DNA from: Octopus sinensis
Taxonomy: Eukaryota
Assembly (NCBI RefSeq): GCF_006345805.1
Contig: NC_042999.1
Coordinates: 51,770,001-51,834,000, forward strand
Reading direction: 5' to 3'
Length of the DNA: 64,000 nucleotides
The notes under the pieces were generated by a model. The model saw nothing but the letters and a program-made list of their open reading frames with translations. It had not been told where the DNA came from and did no database searches. A program made the translations under genes and the position numbers. How positions within the stretch are numbered: position 1 is the stretch's first letter; every line of letters starts with the position of its first letter. Shown here piece by piece: positions 16,053 to 29,002 of the stretch.

Positions 16053-16967
16053 GGGCGCAGGAGTGGCTGTGTGGTAAGTAGCTTGTTTACCAACTGGGTC
16101 AGTCCCACTGTGTGGCACCTTGGGCAAGTGTCTTCTACTATAGCCTCGGGCCGACCAAAGCCTTGTGAGTGGATTTGGTACACGGAAACTGAAAGAAACC
16201 CGTCGTATATATCTATATATGTAAAACTGTAGTTGTATGAGTGTCTGTCCCCTTCGATTTAGATTCCTAACTCCTCCCACATTTTGCGGTGCAGTTTAAC
16301 CAAATTCGGGTATCTTATAGTCGTGATTAATATCGAGCCCGTCTGCCTATTAGCGCGCGTCTACGATGAGTCTACGATTTTAAAAATAATTTAACATAAT
16401 TTTTTATTCCATTTTAATGCATAATTTTTCGTGTGTTGATGGCGGCGGAGTTGGCGTCCAAGCTCAAACACCTGCACCTGTGTTTGCTTCCCCCCTTCTT
16501 CCCTCCCTCGTGAAGCTGTGGGGAAGGGAGTGTAAGGAAATCAACGTCGTAATGCGTTGTCAAGGAGACCAGCGTTCTTTTAGAACAACGACTTCATGGC
16601 TTGAAGACACCAAAACAGAAATGGCTAAGAAAGCCCGAATTGGCATCTATAAGGGAAGTAACTCTCTGAAATGCTTATATAGTTATTTCCCTTACAAACC
16701 CGAGCAACGCCGAGCGATACTGCTATTGTATATATATATATATGTATGCGTGTATGTTGTGTGTCTGTGTTTGTCGCCCTAGCATTGCTTGACAACCGAT
16801 GCTGGTGTATTTATCTCCCCGTCACTTAGCGGTTCGGCAAAAGAGACCGATAGAATAAGTGCTGGGCTTACAAAGAATAAGTCCCGGGGTCGAGTTGCTC
16901 GACTAAAGGCGGTGCTCCAGCATGGCTGCAGTCAAATGACTGAAACAAAGTAAAAGAGTAAAAGAAT
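16053..16967 (+). mobile_element. tRNA-derived SINE family 2 with CORE-like box, interrupted in its internal (TA)n
   Basis: Head GGCGCAGGAGTGGCTGTGTGGTAAG, CORE-like CACCTTGGGCAAGTG; body and tail 16760-16967 match 59600-59800, ending GTAAAAGAGTAAAAGAATA. Confidence 0.75.
16212..16726 (+). mobile_element. Non-autonomous Helitron-like insertion
   Basis: Starts A|TCTATATATGTAAAA; ends with GC-rich hairpin CCCGAGCAACGCCGAG, then GATACTG-CTAT|T (CTAG variant). A/T target, no TSD. Confidence 0.65.
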
Positions 16968-17876
16968 ATTAGCTAAATGAGGACAGCATTATCATTTGCC
17001 TAACATCATTAGCGTCACATCAAAGCCCTTCTAAAATACGGAAGGTTTTTCTGTCGCAGCCATTACAAAGACATCGATTAATTGATTAACTTATTATTAT
17101 AATGATTACAATTGCCGTACAACTAAGAGGAAACAATGTCAGAGTCGTTTGGGATCAGAATCCCTTGTGAATTGATTTCTGCTCAGTGATAAAACACTTC
17201 ATAAAAGTCAGCATATTTTGGTAGATATTACGCGCCAGATCTCTCCATATCTGTCCACATCGATCTACATCTGTCAATGTCTGTTACATTTAACATTAGA
17301 AATGATATTTAAATGTTACAAAGATTCATTATAATTAACAAAAACATGCAAACTGTTATATTTATAATTTTTGGTGATTCATTGAAATTTCAGATTAATT
17401 AGCAATTTGATTAATTTATAATCTTATCCATTACCGAAATATACAATGAATAAATTTCAGTTGAGTGTTCAAACATAATTGCAATCTGTTTTACAACATT
17501 TCTATTCTCTTAGCTTTGCCGTTCAGTTCTTGATTGTGGTCCATTAGAGCTTCCGTAATATTTCGGGGATCTAGCAAGCCTTCCTCCATTCGTTCGTCAG
17601 ATCACTTGCTCTGTCTTTTCTTTTAATTCCGCCTACAAACACTCCGCATCTCTCCACTTCTCTCTTTGTTTCCCTCGCTATTTCTGTGTGTCTGTCCCTA
17701 TTTCCCTCCCTCCGTCCTTTTCTGTCTTCCTCTCTATCAGACTGACTCTCTCTCTCTTTCTCTTCCTCACTCTTTTTCTCTTCCTCACTCTCTTTCTCTT
17801 TTTCACTCTCTTTCTCCCTCTCTCATTTTGCATTACAATCCCCTACTAAACGTTATAGTTTATCTCTGCCGCTCTG

Positions 17877-17877
<1 letters not shown>

Positions 17878-17959
<82 letters not shown>

Positions 17960-17972
17960 ACAACGGAAAGAG

Positions 17973-18021
<49 letters not shown>

Positions 18022-18115
18022 CACACACACACACACACACACATACATACATACATACATACATACAGGAATACAAACATATATACATACATATACACAT
18101 ACATACATACATACG

Positions 18116-18145
<30 letters not shown>
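17878..18145. repeat. (CTAT)n/(TA)n/(GA)n/(CATA)n compound microsatellite
   Basis: Read directly from sequence. Confidence 0.95.
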
Positions 18146-18147
<2 letters not shown>

Positions 18148-19147
18148 AGTACACGATGACGCACACACATATTGCATTCAACATTTTTGCAACTCCAGAT
18201 GATTCAATCCCACCTCCTCTTCCTTCTCCTCCTCCTTCTACTGTTATGTTCAATACAGACAGGAAATACGTCTATCAATGTTTAACTACAGTTTTACATA
18301 TATTTATACTAACAACATGCTAACTACTTTAAATATTTTATAAAACAGCCTCTTTTTAGATTCCAGAACAGCCTGCTGGGGTGAATTATATTTTTGGAAA
18401 CCACTTTATTTCCTTGTTTTGGACACGATATCGGCAATATTTATTCCAACTTGTACGAATTGACTCGAGGTTTTGTGTTTTTTTTTATAAATAATCTGGA
18501 GAAGGCGGGGCAGTACCCATCATTGTTCCAGCCTGTATTAAGCAGGTTGTATGGAACGTAACAGTGTTGATGGTAGCGTGGTGAATATCTGCAGCAGATT
18601 CAAGTCAACTGAAGATAATTCAAAGAGGCATATTAAACCTATCAAGTACCACAGGTAAATTCTTTAACCTGAATTGGAATAAAAATTGAAGGAGGAATTG
18701 CATGTATTTGAAGTAAAATTATTGAAACGAAATGGCTACAACGATTAGTTCTGCGCTGTGGGACAAAAATATTGATAATCACTTCTTGGAGAGCTTGGTG
18801 TTAGTGCGTAGCGCAAAGGATGAGAGGGAAATATAGATATAACATGTCTGTAGTGAGTTAATGAAGTGGAAGATATTACAGATGAGGAGAAGCTGACTAA
18901 TGTCTCAGCGAAGAGACATTTGTTAACATAACCGACTATTATTGGTTTTAAATGTAAATTTATTATCAGAGTAAAGTGGTATTAGGTCTCGAAGCAGCTG
19001 TTGATATGTATGTACGCATATATGCATGTATGAATGCAGTTCTGTATGTAGTTATGCGTACATCTGTGTATGTATGAAACCTGAAGATGACCTTGACTGG
19101 ATCTGAACTTAGAGCGTAAAAATATAAACTAAATATACTAAATGGTA

Positions 19148-19215
<68 letters not shown>

Positions 19216-19245
19216 ATAATAATAATGATGATGATGATGATGATG

Positions 19246-19276
<31 letters not shown>

Positions 19277-19285
19277 TAATAATAA
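19148..19285. repeat. (TAC)n/(TAA)n/(TGA)n microsatellite
   Basis: Read directly from sequence. Confidence 0.95.
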
Positions 19286-19859
19286 AGATCGTTCCTGTTG
19301 TTATCTGAGCACTGGGATACTGTACGATGTCTTCAATGATTGTAATAATAATCATTGCTTTTATTTACCACAGAGACGGACGTTGAAGGGGAAATTAGCA
19401 AGACTAGTTACAAATTATGCTGGGGCTTATATTAAAATCAGTTAAGGAAGAGAAAAAAATGTGATGAAAAGTATAAACTATCCAGAGAAAGCAAAATACA
19501 TGAATACACGAATGATGTTGTGTTCCTGATACAGAAAAGAACCGATCACACAACGTCCACGGGTCCGAGAGCTGTTTGATCAACAGCGGCACAAACCCTC
19601 ATTCAACTGTTATTCTCTGGCCTGTTGTTACTTACTGTTTTAGAATTTCATTGGAGGAAAGCATGGAAAATGTAAAAGACTTGACTGCAAAAGAGTCTGA
19701 CTTCCGTCCTTTTAGCTTCGTTCACCACACAACCTTTTCCGTAATCACCAGAGAGAAACGGCCTACCCATAACTATTAAAATACTGGTGGGTTGATATTT
19801 ACGATGCGCTCGATCGTTAGCCGAATTTATCTTGCACGTGTCAGTGGTTGTTCAATATT

Positions 19860-20870
19860 ATTCCATAAGTAAGCAATACTCAGATACCGTATGAGTTCCT
19901 GAAATACAGTTTCGTCGCTCTCTGTACGTCTAGGTCTGAAAGTGCAACCGAGAAGCAGATTTCCAAGTTTGTCCCGAACTGGTAATGCCGCTTACTATCT
20001 CTACTATACGAAGAGTTACTGGAAGTTATCCATACTTGTTTTCGGCCCGAAAATCCTCACCAAGAGATTAACCATTTCACTCACGTAGAAAATTTAGAAT
20101 TATCTCCAAGGACGTTATCACATCTGCCCAACACTAGTTGCTTATATATTTTTAAAGTAGAACTGCACCGAACCCATTTCTCGACTGGCGTAGGGTTGAG
20201 TCCATGGGAACATTGCAGATGCTAGGCGCTCAATATTAGTTTTTTTTTGTGGTCCAGAACTGCAGTCCTATCAAAGAGATGAGCAATGAGAATACGTGTC
20301 TCGCCAACGGAAGCCACGCACAATCACCGTCTGCAGGCGATGCAGCATCAGAGCGTGTCTGTGCGTCATAATACACGTCATGTCGAGCCCACCTTCCAGA
20401 GGGAGCTGCTAGCAGATGGCCAGTAGAGCGCGTCCCTTCTATATGAACCGGAAGAATAGACATTTTATATTAGTCAGATGAAAACCTGGTCAAAGCAGGA
20501 AACTGGAGACAAAAAACCTGCACCAGCTGCGGATCTTTTAGGAGTAGCTTCTTATCAGCCCATTTCTGAGAGAGGTTAGACAGCCTTAGTTGTCTGCCTG
20601 GTGGGTTCAGACCAAGCGAAGGTTTGATCAGTTCAACCAGTTCATCGTTCAAGGAAGACACGAACTCGTATATCCAGGAACTAAATTGCGAACCCATCGA
20701 CTTGTCTGGATTGATATTTGCTTCTGTCATCGTTTCGTATTTCTTCAGATTGATGTCGACCACGTCCACTTCTGTGGTGTCTGACAGCATCACGGTGATA
20801 TCCCCAAACAATAGCACAACTCACTCGTTTTCCAGCTGAAAGGACGTATCCATCAACAGCTGCAGCTTCT
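19860..20870 (-). mobile_element. Tx1-like LINE ORF2 remnant, highly degenerate
   Basis: DITVMLSD...LKKYETMTEANINPDKSMG and SDETVFQEL align with the 51980-52970 copy. Confidence 0.65.
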
Positions 20871-20964
20871 GTGGCAATGACACGGGAGCCAATGAGACTG
20901 AGTGTGCGACGGGAAATGCCTGTGTATGTGTTTGTGTTTGTGTGCGTGCGTGCGTGCGTGTGCG

Positions 20965-20997
<33 letters not shown>

Positions 20998-21138
20998 ATG
21001 CCCGTGCGTGCATTTATAATCTTGCTTTTCTGATGTTCCTGCGCAGATTTTAGTGTTGTTGCTGTGGTTGTTAATGTTGTTGCTGTGGTTGTTGATGTTG
21101 TTGCTGTGTAAGTAGCAAAGGAGTTTTCTCCGAATAAT

Positions 21139-21190
<52 letters not shown>

Positions 21191-21221
21191 CTAATAATAA
21201 TAATAATAATAATAATAATGT

Positions 21222-22772
21222 AACCATGAAAAGAGTAACCATGAAAAGAGGAAAACTAGTTAAGAGTAACAACATCACACTAGATAAAACCAATGAAATA
21301 AAAGAATTAGATCAAAGCCAAACTTACAAATACTTAGGAATCCATGAACTAGATAAGACACAACACACACAAATGAAAGAGAAAATAAAAAAAGAATATT
21401 ATAGACGAGTTAGATCCATACTAAAAACAGAGCTCAATGCTAAAAACAAGATAATAGGTATCAACACTTTAGCTGTCCCAGTTATAAGTTACAGCTACAA
21501 TATCCTTAACAAGAACATGAAATGAACTGTCCAAAATAGATAGGAAAACAAGAAAAATACTGACAGGATCTAGGATGCATCACCCAAAATCTGACATAGA
21601 AAGACTATATATACAACGTATAGAAGGTGGTAGAGGCCTTATACAGCTGGAAAACTACTATAAAATAACCACCATAGGACTGCAAAAATACCTACTTCAG
21701 AAGGAAGGAAAACTGATCCAGATAGCAGCAAAACACGAGCAAAACAAAAAACTGTTCTCAGTATTTAAGGAAGCTGACAAATACAAACAAGAAATCATAC
21801 CACCTAATAAACACAAAGAAGAAGAAGAAGATGATGAAGAAACAACAAAAGCTATAAAACAAATGAAATCCAAACTAAAAATAGAACAGCAACGAGCCAT
21901 GATAAAACGATGGCAAGAAAAGCCCCTTCATGGTAAATACTGCACTAAACTAAACGCAAAAGAAATAGACAAAGAAAAATCCCAGCAATGGTTGAGAAGC
22001 TCAGGACTCAAAGCAGATACGGAGGGATTTTTAATTGCAGCACAAGACCAAAGCCTCCCCACCAGAAATTACCAAAAACATGTAATGAAAAGAAATATTA
22101 CAAGTAACTGCAGAATATGTGGAGATGGACAAGAAACAATATATCATATTATCTCTAGCTGCCCAGTCCTGGCTAAGAAGGAATATATTCACAGACATGA
22201 CAGAGTTGGAACCTACATACATTGGAAGCTATGCCAACATTATGGAATAACAACAGAAAAAAGATGGTATAGGCACACACCAGAAAAGGTCACAGAAAAC
22301 GAGAAAGCAACCATACTCTGGGATATGCCGATACACACAGATAGAGAAATTAAGGCCAACAGACCAGATATAGTTGTCAGAGATCATGAAGAAAAAAAAT
22401 GCTTTCTAATTTATGTATCAATACCGGCAGATGACAACGTGTCTCTAAAAGAAATGGAGAAACTCTCAAAATACAAAGACCTGGAAATAGAGGTAACTCG
22501 AATGTGGAACCTGAAAACAAAAACAATTTCTATCATAGTAGGTGCATTAGGCATGATAAAAAAATATTCAGACAAATACATAACAAAAACACCAGGACTT
22601 ACAAACACATATAACATACAGAAAATTGCACTACTAGGCACTGCACACATCCTACGCAGAACACTTTCCATACAATAACCATCAGAGCATCACAACAAAT
22701 CACAGCACATACCCAAGGCACACAGAGCTGCGCTCGGTAGTGAAGTGAAAGTACGCTATAAAAATAAAACTA

Positions 22773-22776
<4 letters not shown>
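21222..22776 (+). mobile_element. Dong/R4-like family A, 5'-truncated (RT thumb, CCHC finger, RLE)
   Basis: ORFs 21226-21525 and 21575-22678: YKYLG, RLYIQRIEGGRGL, CRICGDGQETIYHIISSC, RHD, NRPDIVV, EKLSKYKDL. (TAA)n on both sides. Confidence 0.95.
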
Positions 22777-22848
<72 letters not shown>

Positions 22849-22865
22849 TAAATAATAATAATAAT

Positions 22866-23231
22866 AACCTGAAGACTAAAACAATACCTGTTGTCATAGG
22901 TGCCCTGGGAATGATAGCGAAAGGGGCTGATTGCTACCTAACTCAGATACCAGGAAACCCCAAAATGGCAGAAATTCAAAAGATAGTGCTCATGGGAACT
23001 GCTCATATCCTACGCAAAATACTCTCTATATAATCTCAAGTTTTAAAACAAACTTTTTTTATTTTTTTAAAAACTTAAAAAAAAAAAATTATTTATTAGA
23101 CATTCACTAGTACAACACCAAAAAAATACCCAAATATATGGCAACGTGAACTTCCAACCTGTTGTCTCTTGAGGTCTCTGGGTGAGACTTGGAGCCAAAT
23201 TGTACAAACATAAAGCAAAAGTCAAACATAG
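22866..23231 (+). mobile_element. Dong/R4-like family B short 3' copy
   Basis: Near-identical to 27118-27501; (TAA)n on both sides. Confidence 0.9.
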
Positions 23232-23361
23232 AATAATAATAATAATAATAATAATGATAATAATAATAATGATAATAATAATGAAAAAAAATGATAATAA
23301 TAAAATAATAATAATAATAATGATAATATAATAATGATAATAATAATAATGAAAAAAAATG

Positions 23362-23427
<66 letters not shown>

Positions 23428-23445
23428 TTAATACTAATGATAATG

Positions 23446-23501
<56 letters not shown>

Positions 23502-23510
23502 TAAATAAAA

Positions 23511-26500
23511 AAATACAGACGAATATAGATCTGCTAGTCTTAAGAAGCGGCGCTATGAGCAATGCTTACATGTAGTGAACCCTAAACTGACAGATCCATC
23601 TCCTAATATAAGAATGGATGCTCGTCATGCTTCAAGGTCAACAAATCAAACAATAAACCGCATTGGTCATTGCGCGGATTACAAAAGACCACGTACCCGA
23701 AAATTGAACCGAATCCTGATTGAAAAATCAGTTACTGGATCAAATCTTCCCAACACACAGGAGCTGGACGAACCCCACAACCGGAATATTCCAACAGATG
23801 GCCATCCATGCTCATCACCAAATAATCAAAAGAAAAAGAAGGAAAAATGGTCTAGGGAAGATAATAAAGAAGTTCTTGAGCCCTTCTACCATGCCATATA
23901 TTCCCCACAGATAAGTCTAGCACTGTACAAGCATACTAAACTGGAGACAGAAACACCCTGAACTAAGACCCTACATAGACAGTAACAAGCTTGCCAATGT
24001 TAGAAGAAACATTATAAAAAAGAAATTACTGACTGAAGTAGAGATTGATCAGGTTAGACAAGCAATATCGGATAAAATGAACGAAGCTGCAGCTAGAGAA
24101 GATAATCACAGAGGAAATGATTATAGACCAGCCAGGGCGGATAAAACGAAGAGAGGATTGAAAAGAGTTAGTATAAGTGATAGCAAAGTGAATACGCCCT
24201 GAACCAATCATAACACTAAGACAGATGAGCATCAAATAGATAAAGAAAGTCACACAAATATTGACCCAACAGAACTACATGAGCTAAAAAAATAAATCAT
24301 GATGAATGGCTGAAAATTAAAGAAAACCAGCATGGATGAGCGTGATACACTTCCTAAAATCCGCAACTCTAACCAAACATGAAAATAATTGGTAAATCCG
24401 GCTTGCACTTAAGGATATAATTTCAGTTTAATGATGTTGATATCACAAACCTCAACCACCTATACTATGCATCCGGCGAAAATCTCAACGATCCTATGTG
24501 GTGTAAAGATTAGAAAACGGCAACAATCCCACAAAAAGCCTTCTTGGCAAGAGCGTCTGCAACAACAATTAAAATATTTAGATCTGACATTGAATATTTG
24601 AAAAACCTTAAGGCTCACAAGATTACCAAACCTACAAAACCCAAAAATTACTGAAAACATACAATATGAAAACTATACTTGATATTGATGCCACCATAGA
24701 AACCATCAAACAAAAGGTATCTGCCAAAGCTGCCCGCATAGCGAGGTATGAAAAGCGTGTTAGATTTTTCAAGGACAACAACATGTTCAAAAATAACACC
24801 CAAGAATTTTTACAGGAAGATAGGAAAAACAATCGTTTACTGCAGGTCTGTACCATCAAAAGAAGAAGTGCAGAGATTTTGGAATAAAATCTGGGCCAGA
24901 AGAAAAAGCACACAACGAAAAGCCCCCTGGATTGACAGAATATCTACAGAACTGGACCCCTTAGAAAAGAGAAAAGTGGGAGGGTGTCAAGGTAGAAGAT
25001 TAAGATCTGCTCTCAGGAGGTCAAGCAAATGGAAGTCTCCAGGAAAGATAAAATTCCTAACTTCTGGTGAATGCTTCCCAGAGAGCCATGAACTGCTAAC
25101 AGAACTGTACAATGATGTTTTGCAACACCCTAGTAGGATGCCTCCTTGGCTAGTTAATGGGTTAACATTCCTGCTTCCAAAAAGTGAAGAAACAAATGAA
25201 CCAAAAAACTATAGACCCATAACCTGCTTAACAACTATGTACAAAACACTAACATCTGTCCTGACGGAATATACCTATAGTTTTTTTAACAGACAGCAGC
25301 ATATTCCCTAATGAACAGAAAGGATGTAAACGTGGATCCTACGGCTGTAAAAGACCAACTACTCATCAATAAGATGATCTTAGAAGATTGTCACAAACGA
25401 CACAAAAACTTATCAATAGCCTGGATAGACTATAAAAAGGCTTTTGATAGCCTACCACATAGCTGGATGGAAATGCCTGGAAATGGTATAAGATAGCACC
25501 AACTCTGCGAAACTTCTTGACTGTAAGTATGAGATCATGGAGAACCACCTAACTCTGAACATGACAGTGAATCCCTAAATGCTGGTGATGTAAAAATTTC
25601 GTGTGGAATTTTCCAGGGTGACTCACTGTCACAACTCCTCTTTTTTTGTTTATCCTTACTACCTCTCTCTCAAAGCTGCTCAATGACGCGCAGTACGGGT
25701 ATAAAATGTTTGATAAAAATATAAATCATCTCGTTTACATGGATGATTTAAAGCTTTTTGCAAAAAATGATCAACAACTCAAGGGCTTACTAGCGATAGT
25801 CAAACAATTCAGTGACGACATCAGAATGCAATTCGGCCTCGATAAATGTGCAAGGCTACCTTTATCAAAGGAAAAATGACAGAAACATCTAACGTTAACC
25901 TTGACCAACAGAATGTCATAAAAAGAACTAGACCCAGCGCGAGAGCTACATACATAGGGATAATTGAAGGAACGGAATAAGGCATTCAGAGATGAAGGAA
26001 AGGATCAGGAGAGAATGCTATCGAAGAGTGAGAGCAATACTCAAGACAGAGCTGAATGCAAGAAACAGGATCGAAGCAATCAATGCATTAGCTATACCAG
26101 TCGTACTTACAGTTTCAATATTGTTAACTGGTCAATTACTGAAATATGTCAGCTCGACAGAAAAATAAGGAAACTGTTGACAATGCATAGAATGCACCAC
26201 CCTAAGGCAGATACAGAACGACTCTATCTGCTAAGAAAAAGGGAGGGCCGTGGTCTTTTGCAACTGGCAATAACAATGAAGATTGCTACAATTGGCCTAG
26301 ACACCTACCTGAAAAACTCTGAGGACTGGATGCTAAACTGTCTCAAAACATGAAAACAAGAAAGCATCATACTCAGTCACAAAACAGGCAAAGGAATATC
26401 TAAATTGAATTCCGAATACAACCAATTTCGGAATTAGAGATAGATATACAAGAAACAAGCACAGAAAAAGCTAGGCGCATGAAAACCTTGCCAAAACTGC

Positions 26501-27501
26501 GGCCTATTATATTCTGAATAATAAATGGCAAGAAAAACCTCTCTATGGCAAATACCCAAAGAGAGCGAATAATGCAGATATCGACAAAGCCCTGACCCTC
26601 AATGGCTAATGGCCTCTGGCTTAAAATCTGAAACAGAGGGGTTTATCATAGCAGCTCAAGATCAATGCCTACCCACAAGAACTACACGCAGCCAACATAT
26701 TAAAGATCAGAAGCAGTCCAACGTGTCGTGTATGTAAGCAACCAAAATGAAACTTTGACCATGTGGTCTCCAAGTGCAGTCTTCTAGCGCCTACAGAGTA
26801 TCTCAACAGGCACGATAGAGCTGCACAATATTCACTGGGTAATCTGTAAAAACCTGGATTTGCCCCATGAAAAAAACTGGTGGGAATACAAACCACCCCA
26901 GTGCTTGAAAATGACCACATCTCACTCCTCTGGAACTTCACCATTCAAACTGACAGGAAGATAGATGCAAATAGGCCAGACATCATATGAAAACTTCAAA
27001 CAAAGAACATGCTTCTCATTGATATGACTGTCCCAATCGATATAAACGTATCTGTCAAGACCTACAAAAACTGAGCAATATAAAAAGATCTTGAAATAGA
27101 ATTCACAGCAAATGTGGAACCTGAAGACTAAACAATACCTGTTGTCATAGGTGCCCTGGGAAATGATAGCAAAAGGGGCTGATACTACCTAACTCAGATA
27201 CCAGGAAACCCAAAATGGCAGAAGTTCAAAAGATAGTGCTCATGGGAACTGCTCATATCCTACGCAAAATACTCTCTATGTAATCTCTCAAGGTTTAAAA
27301 CAAACATAATTTTCGGTTTTAAAAAAAAAAAAAAAAAAAAAACTTTTTTTTTTAGACATTCATTAGTACAACATCCCCACCCCCCAAATATATGGCACAC
27401 TAGGCATAACAACACATGAAATTCCAACCCTGTTGTCTCTTGAGGTCTCTGGTGAGACTTGGAGCCAACTTGTACAAATATAAAGCAAAAGTCAAACATA
27501 G
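23511..27501 (+). mobile_element. Near-full-length Dong/R4-like family B element, ORF broken by many small indels
   Basis: KWSREDNKEV, WKSPG, YRPITCL, WIDYKKAFDSLPH, GIFQGDSLS, YMDD (25736-25747), CRVC..H..C, RPDII; stop 27281-27283; (TAA)n both sides. Confidence 0.95.
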
Positions 27502-27546
27502 AATAATAATAATAATAATAATAATAACAACAATAATAGTAATAAC

Positions 27547-27617
<71 letters not shown>

Positions 27618-27819
27618 TAATAATAATAGTAATAATAAAAGTTAATTTGTCATACCCCTTTGGCTTCGCACAGTTCTTTTAAATATACAATTAAGTTGTT
27701 CTGTGCACAATGTCAAGATCTACTCATTGACTATTCTTTCTGTTATTCCAAGTTGCTTAGTAGGAAACTGTTTCACAGCTATTTAGGTATTTGTTACTCT
27801 AAAGGTGTAAGCTGGAAAA

Positions 27820-27823
<4 letters not shown>

Positions 27824-27908
<85 letters not shown>
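27824..27908. repeat. (GA)n microsatellite
   Basis: Read directly from sequence. Confidence 0.95.
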
Positions 27909-27911
<3 letters not shown>

Positions 27912-28351
27912 GGGCTTTAAGGATTTTCTTTTGGAAAGCGTTTTTCACATGAACTATTAAGTTCGGTTATTCCTTTTGGCCAAAGTTCATCTTCGTATCA
28001 GTTGTGGATGATGTTAAATCAAAGCTGGTTAGCAGCAGAGACATTTCTGAAGTATATCTTGTTAACATAAACATTGACATCTTGTCAACATAGATGTTAA
28101 CATCTTCTCAACATGGATAGATACCGATATATTGTCAACACAATTATCGGTATGTTAACATTTTATTGATATTATATCAACATAGATATTGACATCTTGC
28201 CAACATATATATTGAAACTTGCTAACGTACATATTGACGTCTTGTCAACATAGATGTTAACATCTTGTCAACATATATTGACACATTGCCAGCAAAGATA
28301 TTAGCATCTTGTAAACATATACATTGACTGATCTTTTATGATTACAGAAAT

Positions 28352-28566
28352 TGGTTTCAAATATTGGTCAAAGACCACTAGTTTCGGAGGAGGGAGTAAG
28401 TTGATTGCATTGACCCCAGTATTGAACTGGTACTTATTTTATTGATTCAGAAGGAATAAAAGGTACAGACGACCTCGTCGGAATTTGAACTCAGAACGCA
28501 AAGACGGATGAAATGCAGCCAAGCATTTTGCCTGGCGTTCTAACGATTCTGCCATTTCACCGCCTT
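28352..28566 (-). mobile_element. SINE family 1 (older copy)
   Basis: GGAATTTGAACTCAGAACG...CTAACGATTCTGCCA...CCGCC is the reverse complement of the family head. Confidence 0.75.
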
Positions 28567-28598
28567 ATTGTCAGCGTAATATTGACATCTTGTAAATA

Positions 28599-28735
28599 CC
28601 GCCGAGGTTGACTTTGCCTTTTATCCTTTCGGGGTCAATAAATTAAGTAATAGTTGCGTACTGAAGTCGATCTAATCGACTGGCACCACCCGCCCTAAAA
28701 ATGTCAGGCCTTGTGCCTAGACGAGAATAAATAAT
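28599..28735 (+). mobile_element. SINE family 1, 5'-truncated
   Basis: CCGCCGAGGTTGACTTTGCCTTT...GTCGATCTAATCGACT matches 61553-61638. Confidence 0.75.
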
Positions 28736-28940
28736 AACTTGTGAACATAGATATTGGATATCTTGTCAACATAGATTTTGACATCTTGTCAACATAAATA
28801 TTAGCATCTTGTCAACATATTGAAATTTTGTTAATAAAGAAACCCTGAGTTACAGTGTTGTTTTTTGCTGGTGTACTTCTCAACATGCTGGGGTTTTGAC
28901 AACAAAATAAGCTTAACAGAGATATAGACATTCACTTAAG

Positions 28941-28999
<59 letters not shown>

Positions 29000-29002
<3 letters not shown>

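Larger units (their letters stand above)
28055..28830. repeat. Degenerate 23-bp minisatellite (CATCTTGTCAACATAGATATTGA) split by two SINE-1 pieces
   Basis: Period 23 (CTTGTCAACA at 28081, CTTCTCAACA at 28104); resumes at 28580-28596 and 28738-28830. Confidence 0.8.

Noticed and set aside
23528-23598. HDV-like ribozyme at the 5' end of the Dong/R4 element
   Set aside because: Only a GATCTG/CAGATC stem is visible; the nested double pseudoknot could not be built by eye.
28055-28330. CRISPR-like array or bacterial -35 boxes (TTGACA)
   Set aside because: Contiguous units with no unique spacers; eukaryotic context.
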